Source: Paecilomyces variotii (taxonomy: Eukaryota). From it: a stretch of DNA of 64,000 nucleotides. How positions within the stretch are numbered: position 1 is the stretch's first letter; every line of letters begins with the position of its first letter. Of this stretch, positions 37,465-47,995 are shown in pieces. The stretch lies in the NCBI GenBank assembly GCA_004022145.1, contig RCNU01000007.1. The stretch is one strand, 5' to 3'. A program made the position numbers and the translations under genes. The notes beneath the pieces are model-generated. The model worked only from the letters and a program-made list of their open reading frames with translations, had not been told where the DNA came from and ran no database searches.

Positions 37465-39442
37465 ATGCGATCTGTGGTATCGCTCAACGCCGCAGCGCCG
37501 CTGTCGAGATTCCAAGCAATCTCGTGCAGCTTTCCTTGCAGGCGGGGTCTCGCGTCGCTGGCCAACTTCAAGGTGCCACGCATCGACAATGAGCCAAACG
37601 TAAGCTCAACGTGATAATCTAGCTGCAAGGAACATCAGGTATGCTAACATGGTCGAGATAGAAACACTACGCTCCTGGCTCGCCGGATCGAAAGGCCCTC
37701 GAGCAAGCACTTGCTACTGTCAAACAGAACGCCCCTATCCATGTGCCTTTGGTGATTGGGGGAAAGGAGGTGGGTTTTCCATGGAAACAATACTCTCTAT
37801 AGGAGACAGGATATGCTGACTCTTCACAGATTAAGAGTTCGTCCATTCAGACACAGTCAAACCCCTCCTCACACGCACCGCTAGCTACCTACTCCAATGC
37901 GACCCCTGCCGATGTTGAGGCCGCTATCGAAGCTTCTCTGGCAGCACGGAAATCATGGGCCTCTGCATCCTTCGCCGATCGCGCCAGTATTTTCCTCAAG
38001 GCTGCGGATCTGATATCGACAAAGTACCGGTATGAGATCATGGCCCTGACCATGCACGGTCAAGGCAAGAACGCTTGGCAGGCAGAGATCGATGCTGCGG
38101 CGGAGTTGTGCGATTTCCTGAGGTCAGTCATCCCAGGAGAAGTATATATGTTGGCAGCGCTCATCCTACTGACGATAATAACAGATTTGGTGTCAAGTAT
38201 GCCGAGGAGCTGTACTCGCAGCAGCCTGCACACAACTCCCCTTGCGTCTGGAAGTGAGTTTGCCCCCCCAAGGACCGTAGTACTGTGCAAGTGAACAAGA
38301 CTTCTAACATTCTCAGTCGTTTGGAGTACCGTCCTCTGGAAGGCTTCGTCTACGCTATCAGTCCCTTCAATTTCACTGCCATTGGAGGCAACTTGGCCGG
38401 AGCCCCCGCCCTGATGGGCAACGTGGTTGTCTGGAAGCCATCTCCATCAGCGGTTGCTGCCAACTGGTTGACCCATCAGATTCTTCTTGAAGCTGGTCTG
38501 CCCCAAAATGTCATCCAGTTCGTTCCTGGTGATGCTGAGGAAGTAACCAACACTGTCCTGAACCACCCCGAGTTTTCCGCCCTGCACTTCACTGGGAGCA
38601 CCAATGTCTTCCGCTCATTGTATGGAAAGATCGCCACCGGTACAGCAGAGGGCAAGTATAAGAGCTACCCCCGTATCGTCGGTGAGACGGGAGGCAAGAA
38701 CTTCCACCTGATCCACAAGAGCGCCGATATCCAGAATGCTGTTGTACAGACAGTCCGCGGGGCTTTCGAGTACCAGGGCCAGAAGTGCAGTGCTACGTCG
38801 CGGGCCTACGTTGCGTCATCTATTGCTGACGATTTCCTGGAGGGTGTCGTTGCCGAAGTCAAAAAACTGAAGGTCGGTGAACCATCCGACTTCACCAACT
38901 TCTGCGGTCCAGTGATCCACGAGGGATCATTCAACAAATTGGCCAGTGTCATCGAGGGAGCCAAGAACGACCCGGAGCTTGAACTGCTGGCCGGCGGTAC
39001 CTACGACTCATCTAAGGGCTGGTATATCCAGCCCACCGTCTACCGGACCACGAACCCCAACCACCCTCTGCTCTCCCGGGAGCTGTTCGGCCCCATTCTT
39101 GTTGTTTATAGTTACGATGACTCTCCGTCCTCCGCCTTCGCTGATATCTGTAAGACTATCGACGAGACTGGGGAGTATGGACTTACCGGATCTGTGTTCG
39201 CCCGGGACAGGGAGGCCCTTCGGCTGGCCGAAGAAGCGCTCCGCAACACCGCCGGCAATTTCTACCTCAACTGCAAGAGCACAGGTGCCGTCGTGGGCCA
39301 GCAACCTTTTGGTGGTGCCCGAGCTAGCGGCACCAACGATAAGGCTGGAAGTGCGAACATTCTATCGCGCTTCGTCAGTCTGCGTTCCATCAAAGAGGAA
39401 TTCGTTCCGACGTACAGCGTTGCGTATCCGAGCAACGCGTAG
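37465..39442 (+). CDS. prnC: Delta-1-pyrroline-5-carboxylate dehydrogenase (PrnC/Put2), mitochondrial; four short introns in the 5' half
   Basis: Presequence then FKVPRIDNEPN; GQGKNAWQAEIDAAAE, ISPFNFTAIG, FTGST, GETGGKNFH, FEYQGQKCSA, ELFGP, QPFGGARASGTNDK. Confidence 0.96.
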
Positions 39443-40017
39443 CTACAGTTGAGGCAGTCTTCTTTCGCAACAAATTACGACTTTTCTCTGAACAAAAGTG
39501 TTCCCTCATTGATGAATCTGGGATGGAGCACGTGTATTACCTTGCATTGTTTATCCATGATATTAGTATTGATACTCCGCAATACGGTGTATTGGCTATC
39601 ATTCCTGCCCATTTCTATATTCTGCTTTTGCCTGGGCCTTTTTTGATGACCCTAGGGGAAACACATATTCAGGTATTACATAACATATGTTACTAACTAA
39701 CTATACCATCTATTCTCCGATGACCACACCAAGACCAAAATCTGTCTCAACCCTAGCAAACCCAAAGAAATAGTTCCAAGCTGCTATAAATTTCGATCTG
39801 GTCAATCACAGTGGGTCTAGCTAGGTTCATCGTCTCTCTTACTACCTAGCTGCACGAATAGTAGGAAAATTTGCAGCCAGGAAGTAACTCCATAAAGACT
39901 ACACCCCCCTCCCCCCGAACGCCAAATACGTAGTACGTGTGAACAATTGATTTTTCATTCGCTTTTACTAATTGCTTAGCACAATCTGTTTCCCATATCC
40001 CACGAATTAGAAACCAT

Positions 40018-41207
40018 CTACCTCGGAGCCGAAGCCTGAATCAATCTCTGCATACTATCTTGCGCCTTCGCCGCAAAATCAGGCATTTCATAATCCTTGC
40101 CCTTCCCCTCTGGTCCACCATCGAACACCTCCATAGAAAACCAACCCCTAAACCCAGTCTTGAGAACCGCCCTGGTCACATCCTCAATCGGCAAATACCC
40201 ACCACTATACGGCAGGGGTCTAAAATCATGACTCCACCTTCCTCTCGGTCTGAGTCCATTGATCTCCTTATTCTCCAGCGGCTTTGTCGGTTTATACGCA
40301 TCGGAGATCTGAAGCAGATAGATCTTCTCCGGGGGGATAGTTTTTGCAAGTTCGTCCATACTCTCCTGCCAGCGTTTCTCAAGTTCGTCGCGCGGGATAG
40401 ATTCGATCAGACCCGAGGCCGTAGTGGGATCCCCCCATTCGCTTCCGGCCGTTTGGAACGTGTCCAGACACAGCCCGACGTTGGGTCTATCGACGTCCCT
40501 GACAATCTCCCAGACGTCTTTCCAGGTGGGCGCGTGCGTCGACCAGCACCAGTTCTCGTAGGCGATGCGGAAGTTGTTCTGTGCGAGCTTGTCGGCGAGA
40601 TCGCGCAGGTCTTGGATGATGTCTTCGCGGTTCCCGGACATTTTCTCAGGAGGAGAGTCTGATGATCCGACCTATGAATAATAATAAACGATGTTCCCTG
40701 TTAGCATATATATATTCAAGTCTCATTCATGCAGTAAATAATAATATCATCTCTCGTGTTTTTGCAAGTATAATAATAATTGTATAGAGAGTAGTGTATG
40801 TATGTACATACCTGCAACAAATCCGTTCCTACAACCTTCATAATCTCTATCCACCCATTCGCCCTGAACCACGCATTTTCCTGATCCTTCGACCCCCTCT
40901 TCCATCCTTCAAAATTACTGAAAGGCTGCAACATCATCACCTGGAGATTGTTCGCATTGCAGAGTTTCTTTATCTCGCCCGCTACCGTGAGCAATTCGGC
41001 AAAGTTGTCGCTGGCTACTTGATGGCCACAAATTCGCGAGCCGTAGTCGAGGATATCCGGAAACGAGAGCTCGATGCCAGTGAAGCCAGCAGCTGCGATG
41101 GCTTCGAGTTTCTGAGGGAGGGTGTGGGAGGGCTTGCATCCGATGGAGCAGGTGGCATAGGACACGGGAATATTCTTGACGGGGGCTAAGGAGTTTTTGG
41201 AAGTCAT
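40018..41207 (-). CDS. Xylose-isomerase-like/AP-endonuclease-2 TIM-barrel enzyme, 3-dehydroshikimate dehydratase (QutC/QuiC1 N-domain)-like; intron 40672-40811
   Basis: YATCSIG...LPQKLEAIAAAGFTGIEL, LQPFSNFEG. Putative metal ligands in IAYENW, LCLDTFQ, LQISDA and MEVF. Confidence 0.8.
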
Positions 41208-42106
41208 GGTGATGGTCTCTTTTTTTTTTTCTTTATTGGCGATAATGAGGTGTTGATTATTTGTTTTTTAAGAGGTTTATAGGAGGATAGGACAGTAAAT
41301 ATTAAGGACAGTTGAATATACCTAGGTAGGTAGGTAGCTCCGTTATACCCAAATGGAGAGAGTAAGGTGTAACTTAGGTCACTGGAGTAGGTGCTCATTA
41401 AGCGGAGAAGCTAGTTACTCTATTGCTGTGTAACAGACGCATCGACGGTCATAGAGTACTCACTACTTTCCTACACGGTAGATTCACTTCTATCAGGTTA
41501 TGCTTCAGTCGGTCATACAATGATGATGATGATGATGTATTGACGCCAACCGGAATGAGTCCCGTCTTAGGGCTTAGGGCTGGGGCAGCGGGCATCGGCG
41601 GAATGTCGTAATGGGAACATCATCCGCAACACCAGAATAATCACTAGTGATCCCTTTATCATTAATTGGATAGACGAACTGGTTACCTCTCTGTCCATCG
41701 GTCTATCTGTCTATCTGCCTATCATGGCAGTTGTGCCAAGAACGCTGTCGAATACTCTTATACAGACTTATATGGTATAAAGCGTGTGGCAACACCTTCT
41801 TGTCTGCCCACATCTCAAATGGGGACATCATAAAATTCTATAAATACATTGGTACAAGGACACGCTCTGACGCGGGTTATCGTGCGTGACGTCCATCCGG
41901 ACATGATTCCCCCCCCTCTTGATCTACCATGATGTAACCGCAGCGTACCTGGGTTGCTCTCCGGAGGTCACGTCCGGTCGCCGCTATCAACTCCTTCAAG
42001 TAGAGATGCAGGACCGTGTCAATACGATTCCCTCCTGTCAACTGCTTCCACTAACCGCAGCAGGAGCATTCGTCTCAAGAAATAACTCACTTCATCGACC
42101 GACACG

Positions 42107-43657
42107 ATGACTGATCCGATTTCCAAGTTCAAACGCATTGGCGTCGTCGGCGCCGGCAATATGGGGTCGATGATGACCTTTGCCTTTGCAGAACTGGGAC
42201 TCGATGTGTCAGTCTGGGATGTGAAGAAGGAAAATGTTGATCAGGTCATGAGATGGGCCAAAGATGCCAAGACTAGTAAGGGCAAGGTAGAAGGGTTCTA
42301 CGATATCGACAAATTCGTCAAAAGTCTAGACCAGGCGCCACGCAAACTGTTCATGTTCTCGATCACACACGGCAGCCCGGCGGATTCAGTACTGTCCATG
42401 ATCAAACACGACTTGAAGCCAGGAGATATTATCCTCGATGGCGGAAACGAGAACTACCGTCGGACAGAACGGAGACAGAAGGAGCTGCAGCCTCTTGGTG
42501 TCCACTGGGTCGGTATGGGGGTCTCGGGTGGTTATCAATCTGCACGCAGAGGACCTAGTTTGTCCCCTGGCGGTGATCGTAAGGCCATCGAAGAGGTCCT
42601 TCCGTTCCTTGAGATGTACGCTGCCAAGGACCGCAGGACGGGCCTTCCCTGTGTTACGTACATTGGCCCCGGAGGTGCAGGTCATTTTGTGAAGATGGTT
42701 CACAATGGAATCGAGGGAGGAATGCTCTCGACTGTCTGTGAAGCGTGGGCGTTACTGCACAATGGTCTCGGATTGCAGTACGATGAGATCGGTGACATCT
42801 TTGAGAAATGGAACAGCCACGGTGAACTGAAAGAGTCATACCTGGTCCAGATTGGATCCGAAATCTTACGAACCAAGAAGACCCCGTCAGGAGATTACCA
42901 TGGAGAAGGCAGGAGCCAGGCTGATGGATACGTCCTCGACGATGTCCTGGACAAAGTCGTACAAGACGACGACGGCACCGAAGGTACACCTTTCTGGACA
43001 ATAATGGACACTGCTGCGCGTCATGTTTCCGCTCCAACCCTAGCAACAGCCCACTACCTGCGTGTCGCCAGCGGAAACCGCGAGGAGAGGATCAAAGTCG
43101 CCCAGAAACTTGGTGTGCCCAAACCACGCCCGCTATCCGCAGTCAAGGACAAGGGCCAGTTTATCGAAACTCTTCGTCGTGCAGTATACTGCACCTTCCT
43201 CGCCTCTTTCTGCCAGGGTCTTGAAGTCATCGCCAACGCTTCAGACGCCGAAGGCTGGGACATCGACATGGGCAAATGCATCCAGATCTGGCGAGCCGGT
43301 TGTATCATCCAAGAGGAGTACATTGCCGATTTACTCCAGCCCGTGCTCTCCAACTCCAAGACCCCGATCCGCAACATCAAGCAGATCGACGGCGTCGCGG
43401 CGGAATTGCACCGGAACTATGACTCGCTTAAGCAGATCGTTATGCTGGCTACGGAAGCAGACCATTACATTCCCGCCATGTCTGCCACTTTGGAATACCT
43501 CAAGTACTGCGGAGGCACCATGTTGCCGACCAAGTTCATGGAGGCCGAGATGGACTTCTTCGGAGCTCACGCGTACGACAAGCCTGGTGTGCCTGGAGAA
43601 GATCCCGGAAAGGTGGCCAAGGGCGCGCACCACTATGAATGGAGACCAGCGAAATAG
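42107..43657 (+). CDS. Divergent 6-phosphogluconate dehydrogenase-like (decarboxylating beta-hydroxyacid dehydrogenase) paralogue, intronless
   Basis: GAGNMG, DIILDGGN, GMGVSGG, GAGHFVKMVHNGIE, IWRAGCII, DFFGAH. Confidence 0.88.
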   Translation: MTDPISKFKRIGVVGAGNMGSMMTFAFAELGLDVSVWDVKKENVDQVMRWAKDAKTSKGKVEGFYDIDKFVKSLDQAPRKLFMFSITHGSPADSVLSMIKHDLKPGDIILDGGNENYRRTERRQKELQPLGVHWVGMGVSGGYQSARRGPSLSPGGDRKAIEEVLPFLEMYAAKDRRTGLPCVTYIGPGGAGHFVKMVHNGIEGGMLSTVCEAWALLHNGLGLQYDEIGDIFEKWNSHGELKESYLVQIGSEILRTKKTPSGDYHGEGRSQADGYVLDDVLDKVVQDDDGTEGTPFWTIMDTAARHVSAPTLATAHYLRVASGNREERIKVAQKLGVPKPRPLSAVKDKGQFIETLRRAVYCTFLASFCQGLEVIANASDAEGWDIDMGKCIQIWRAGCIIQEEYIADLLQPVLSNSKTPIRNIKQIDGVAAELHRNYDSLKQIVMLATEADHYIPAMSATLEYLKYCGGTMLPTKFMEAEMDFFGAHAYDKPGVPGEDPGKVAKGAHHYEWRPAK

Positions 43658-43943
43658 ACCTTTTGATGGCGTGAAATGGTCGATATCGGAATAGTAGATC
43701 GTCTAGGAGGTTTTTAACTTCGATATCTATTAGTATCAGCATCAGTTAATTCAACGGAATTTCGTAATAATCATTAGCCCCGTAGAGCATCGAATACCAA
43801 CAGAAACTGGTATAAAACGTCAGTGTCATGATGATCATTATTATGGATTTTCTAACCACAGGGTATGAATAAAGCCCTGGGTCTGTGATTAAGTATCGTT
43901 AACTCGTCAAGGGCTGTCATAATGTACATTTCACATGTTATGC

Positions 43944-45109
43944 TTAGAACTCCAACTCCTCAATTTCCATCCCACAATCGACACACTTCTTAACTGAAAT
44001 GCCGCTCTCCGGATTTTCGACTGCACGACCCCATTGATGTACATGTCGACCACCACCCAGATCATCTCCAAAGTTGCCCCCTGCAGCGCCTTTACGATTT
44101 CGTCGATATGCCTCTACGCGGGTGCGCTTTTTCAAGTCTTGCAATTTCGTCTTGAATTTGGCTTCTCTTCGCCGCTTTTTGTCTTGTTCGCGGCGTTCGA
44201 ACTCAGCGTCCAGCGCTTCTGGCGAACCCCACTTCTTGGGCGAGAAAGCGTATTCTTCAACTTGATATCGGAGGTATAGCATCATGTTGTTCCAAGTGGC
44301 CTTGTGAGGGTTGGGCTTTTCTAAATGGGGTAGGAGTTCTTCGTCTCGGAGTTCAGCTGTACACACGAAGGTCAGCACAAGCTCTTAAAAGGTAGGGGCT
44401 TGGATGAAGACAACTTACGATCGGTTAATAGATAGTCTTCTTTCGCTTCCGTCTTCGTGAGCAGGCTGTATTTCTCCGTATATTTCTCTTTGCATGAATT
44501 GCATACGCAACACCCAAAGGCTTCCTCCCACTTCCAGTCAATTTCCAATGTCCCGCACTCGCGACATGTCTTTTGGTTACTCTTCTCCTCCAGCACGCTC
44601 AACCCTGGTTCGAATGGTCCTGCACGTTCTCGTTGTAGAGACTTGAGAAGTTGCTGTCGCTCCCACTCTTTCTGTGTCATATGCGCGGGTTTCTGCTCTA
44701 CACTCTCATCGCGCACGTGGAGCGCCTTGTTATGTGGATCGTCCTCCTCCGTCAGGAACCCTCCCTTCGTATCGGTCATTTTGCTGAAGTCGTACTCGAC
44801 ATACTTTGCAAAGTTCCGAGCCGGACGGATCGAATCCAGTGGTCTGTTTGCAGAGGCTGCGCTGGCATCTCGAACGGTAGCTGGGGTATCTGTGGTCATC
44901 GAGGAAAAGGATCGTTTCACGCCAGCGAGGCCCACGGGTTTCGCAGGAGCTGTGGCAGCTTTCTTGGCTTCCTCTGCTTCTCGTTGCTCGCGGATCGCCT
45001 TCGCTTTCATTCGGTTTATTTCAATGCGCCGCAACTGCTCCGGCGTGAGTGGGCCCCGAGGGAGCTGGCCAGGCTCAGAAGGAGGAGTCGATGGTCTGTC
45101 CATTGCCAT
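43944..45109 (-). CDS. rad14: Nucleotide excision repair protein Rad14/XPA; intron 44357-44418
   Basis: IEINRMKA, YVEYDFSKMTDTKGGF, Zn finger CREC..VCNSC, YSLLTKTEAKEDYLLTD, KPNPH, MMLYLRYQVE, KWGS, C-terminal CVDCG. Confidence 0.95.
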
Positions 45110-45405
45110 ATCTGATTATGAGTACTGTGGAGTGTGTAGTGTGTAGAGGCTGGCCTGCAGCTCCTGTTGAGAAGGGAATGCAGTGGGAGATGAGAGAAGA
45201 TTCGCCTCCCTCGAGATGCGCCAAAGATCAGGCACAGCCCAATCGGGAAGCGGCAGCCCCCCGCCGTCCGATACAAAAAATGTTCCCCCTCCAGACGCCT
45301 CGGGTTTCTTTCTGAATGTCAGCAACATCTTTCCTGCGCCAGTTCTCGTCTCGTATCGCAAAACCTCGGATCCGAATCGAATCCCCGAAGCAACTGGCAG
45401 GGAAG

Positions 45406-46532
45406 ATGGTCGCCGTCCCCAAGGAATACAAAGGTAAGCAGCTGAAAGCAATGCGGCCCGCTTCCGTTCGACGTTGGAGATACCCCTCCTTTTTTGTTGT
45501 CGCAATGGCACTATCTACTGGGTACTCTATGATCATCTAACTTTCTTTCCTCTGATATAGAGCCTGTCCGGATCGCCGTCATCGGTGGTACCGGACTCAG
45601 GGAACTCCCGGGTTTCACGCAGGTTGCGACCCTGGATATCTCGACTCCCTGGGGCAAGCCCTCCGCTCCTATCACTATCCTCCACCACAAGTGCTCGACT
45701 GACGGCAAGGATGTCGCTGTCGCCTTCCTGAGCCGTCATGGCCTTCACCATCAGATTGCTCCCCACGAGGTGCCTGCTCGTGCCAACATTGCTGCTTTGC
45801 GGTCTATCGGCGTGCGAACCATCATTGCTTTCTCTGCTGTGGGAAGCTTGCAGGAGCATATCAAGCCTCGCGATTTTGTGGTTCCAGACCAGGTCATTGA
45901 CAGAACCAAGGGCATCCGGCCATTCACATTCTTCGAGGGAGGTGCTGTCGCTCACGTTCCCTTCGGTGACCCATTTGATGAGCGTGTTGCTAAGGTCGTT
46001 CGGGCTTGCGGACACAGCTTGGAGGGAGAGGGTGTCGTGCTGCATGACCGCGGCACATTGATTTGTATGGGTATGTTCTTGCTTGTGCGCACAATTGCAT
46101 CTGCAGTAAATCAATCGTGCTAATATCTAAACAGAGGGCCCTCAATTCTCCACTCGCGCTGAAAGCAACCTATACCGCTCTTGGGGTGGCAGCGTGATTA
46201 ACATGTCCGCCCTTCCGGAGGCCAAGCTCGCCCGTGAGGCTGAAATCGCATACCAGATGATCTGCATGTCGACGGATTACGACTGCTGGCACGAGTCGAC
46301 CGAGGATGTCACCGTCGAGATGGTTATGGGTAACATGAAAGCTAACGCAGTTAATGCGAAGCATTTTGTCACTGCTGTTCTCGACGAACTCGCTAAGGAA
46401 GAGCATGCTGAACTTGTGCAGGCTAAGCACATTGCTGGCTCTGTGAAGTTCGGTGTTAGCACCCCTGTCCCTCACTGGAGTGCCGATGCTCGGGAAAAGT
46501 TGACTTGGCTCTTCCCTGGGTACTTTGAGTAG
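45406..46532 (+). CDS. meu1: S-methyl-5'-thioadenosine phosphorylase (MTAP/Meu1); introns 45434-45560 and 46071-46134
   Basis: Spliced EPVRIAVIGGTG, STPWG, LSRHG, ARANIAAL, SAVGSL, MEGPQFSTRAES, INMS, MSTDYDCW. Confidence 0.93.
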
Positions 46533-47995
46533 ACGATGTGAACGATTACGAGAGTTCTCTTTTCCGTCCTTATTTCGCTAGATAGCGCTTCCATGTCAGA
46601 TACCTTAGAAAATAGAAAACGCTTGCTTCAAGGATCCATGAAACTAGCATTGAAGAATGCTTAATATCGGCTCTTATTGTCGTATCATCCTCTTTTATGA
46701 AGCGGCATATGAGCACAGCGACTGGTACGTCTTGGTGATAAGATCGATGCTAGCTTTGCACGTCAGGGGAACTGGGAACTTTGCCTTATTCGACCAAGCG
46801 ATGGCCGTTCCGGGTTCCTGATATGGATAATAAGCCGTGGAGGTAAAAAAGGTTAGTGATTGCTCTGAAACTTATTATTATTGAACCGATGTTTATCCCG
46901 CCGTTCTGAGAATGCTATCCATGCCATTATTATTGCTTCCAACATCATCCCATTATTTCGTGCCGTCGATATCTCGGTGCTTACTCTATACGTCTCACAC
47001 GACCAACTTTAAAGAGCTTAAAAGAACTGCTTGTACATACGGAGTACATACCCTGTTGCAATACCTCCTCGTATCCGGGGCTTCCCTGACTCAACGAACG
47101 GCTGGTGGATCCACGGGGCCGTTTTTAAGTCTCTACTTAGCGCGATCACCAAGATTAGTTGGTCTCGTCGTTGTCGATCCCCGAGCCGATATAGCATCAT
47201 TCAGCTTATTTCTGGGGAAAAAGGATCTCAGCAATGCGGTCCGAAATCGGTCACAACGTCTCTAAGTCTAAAGTCTAGTTGGGATCGAGTTCGGGATACG
47301 CGGTAAAAAACCAACTATCTAACATCGCCTGAGATTACAGTCGGGCTTTCTGAAGCATTGGAATATAAGAGCTGGAACTTGATCTCCCTTGCTCCGGCAT
47401 GACTCTGATCGCGTGCCCAATCTCAGTTGTGCTTAACGGAAGACCTTCTATTCAACGACAGACTGCAATCCATAAAAGCTCGTCTTAATATAGAATATCA
47501 ATGACGCGGGATCGACAGATGCCCCGAAATGCCAATTTAACTCTTGAACTCTAGGGCTGGTGGGCCTCAATCGTGGAGTCTAGCACCGTTCCAACTTCCT
47601 GTTCCTGGCATGGTCATCTACTCTAATGCATTAGTTAGCCTGCGCTTCCGATCTCCTTTCTAGTCTAGAGTTGTCTCGGGGATCGGTGCACATGGCACAT
47701 GCCTCGGTCGCGTGGATCGGAGGATGAGGAGAGTAAGTAGATAGATAGGCCTTAAATTCTGGTCTTGCTTGGTTGAAATATCCTAATACCCCTCCTTGCT
47801 TTTCTTTATGTTTCTTCTCACGCGCTCTTTCAAGGCTGCAAGTTCTCCATTTGTTGCCGGGTCTTCTTCCATCGCCGTCCGTTGGCTCTTTTTTCACCGT
47901 CACTCATTATATACACTATCTTGATAAACTAATTGATATTAATGGTTTGATCGTCCATTCTTTTTCGCTTTGGCTTGGCACCATCTCTTTCAGCC

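Noticed and set aside
41520-41537. (GAT)n short repeat in the divergent promoter
   Set aside because: Ordinary short microsatellite with no evidence of function.
44457-45146. 229-aa plus-strand ORF antisense to rad14 (similar long antisense ORFs at 14549-15265, 40060-40662, 62658-63176)
   Set aside because: Shadow ORFs of real genes with no recognisable motifs; expected from codon bias.
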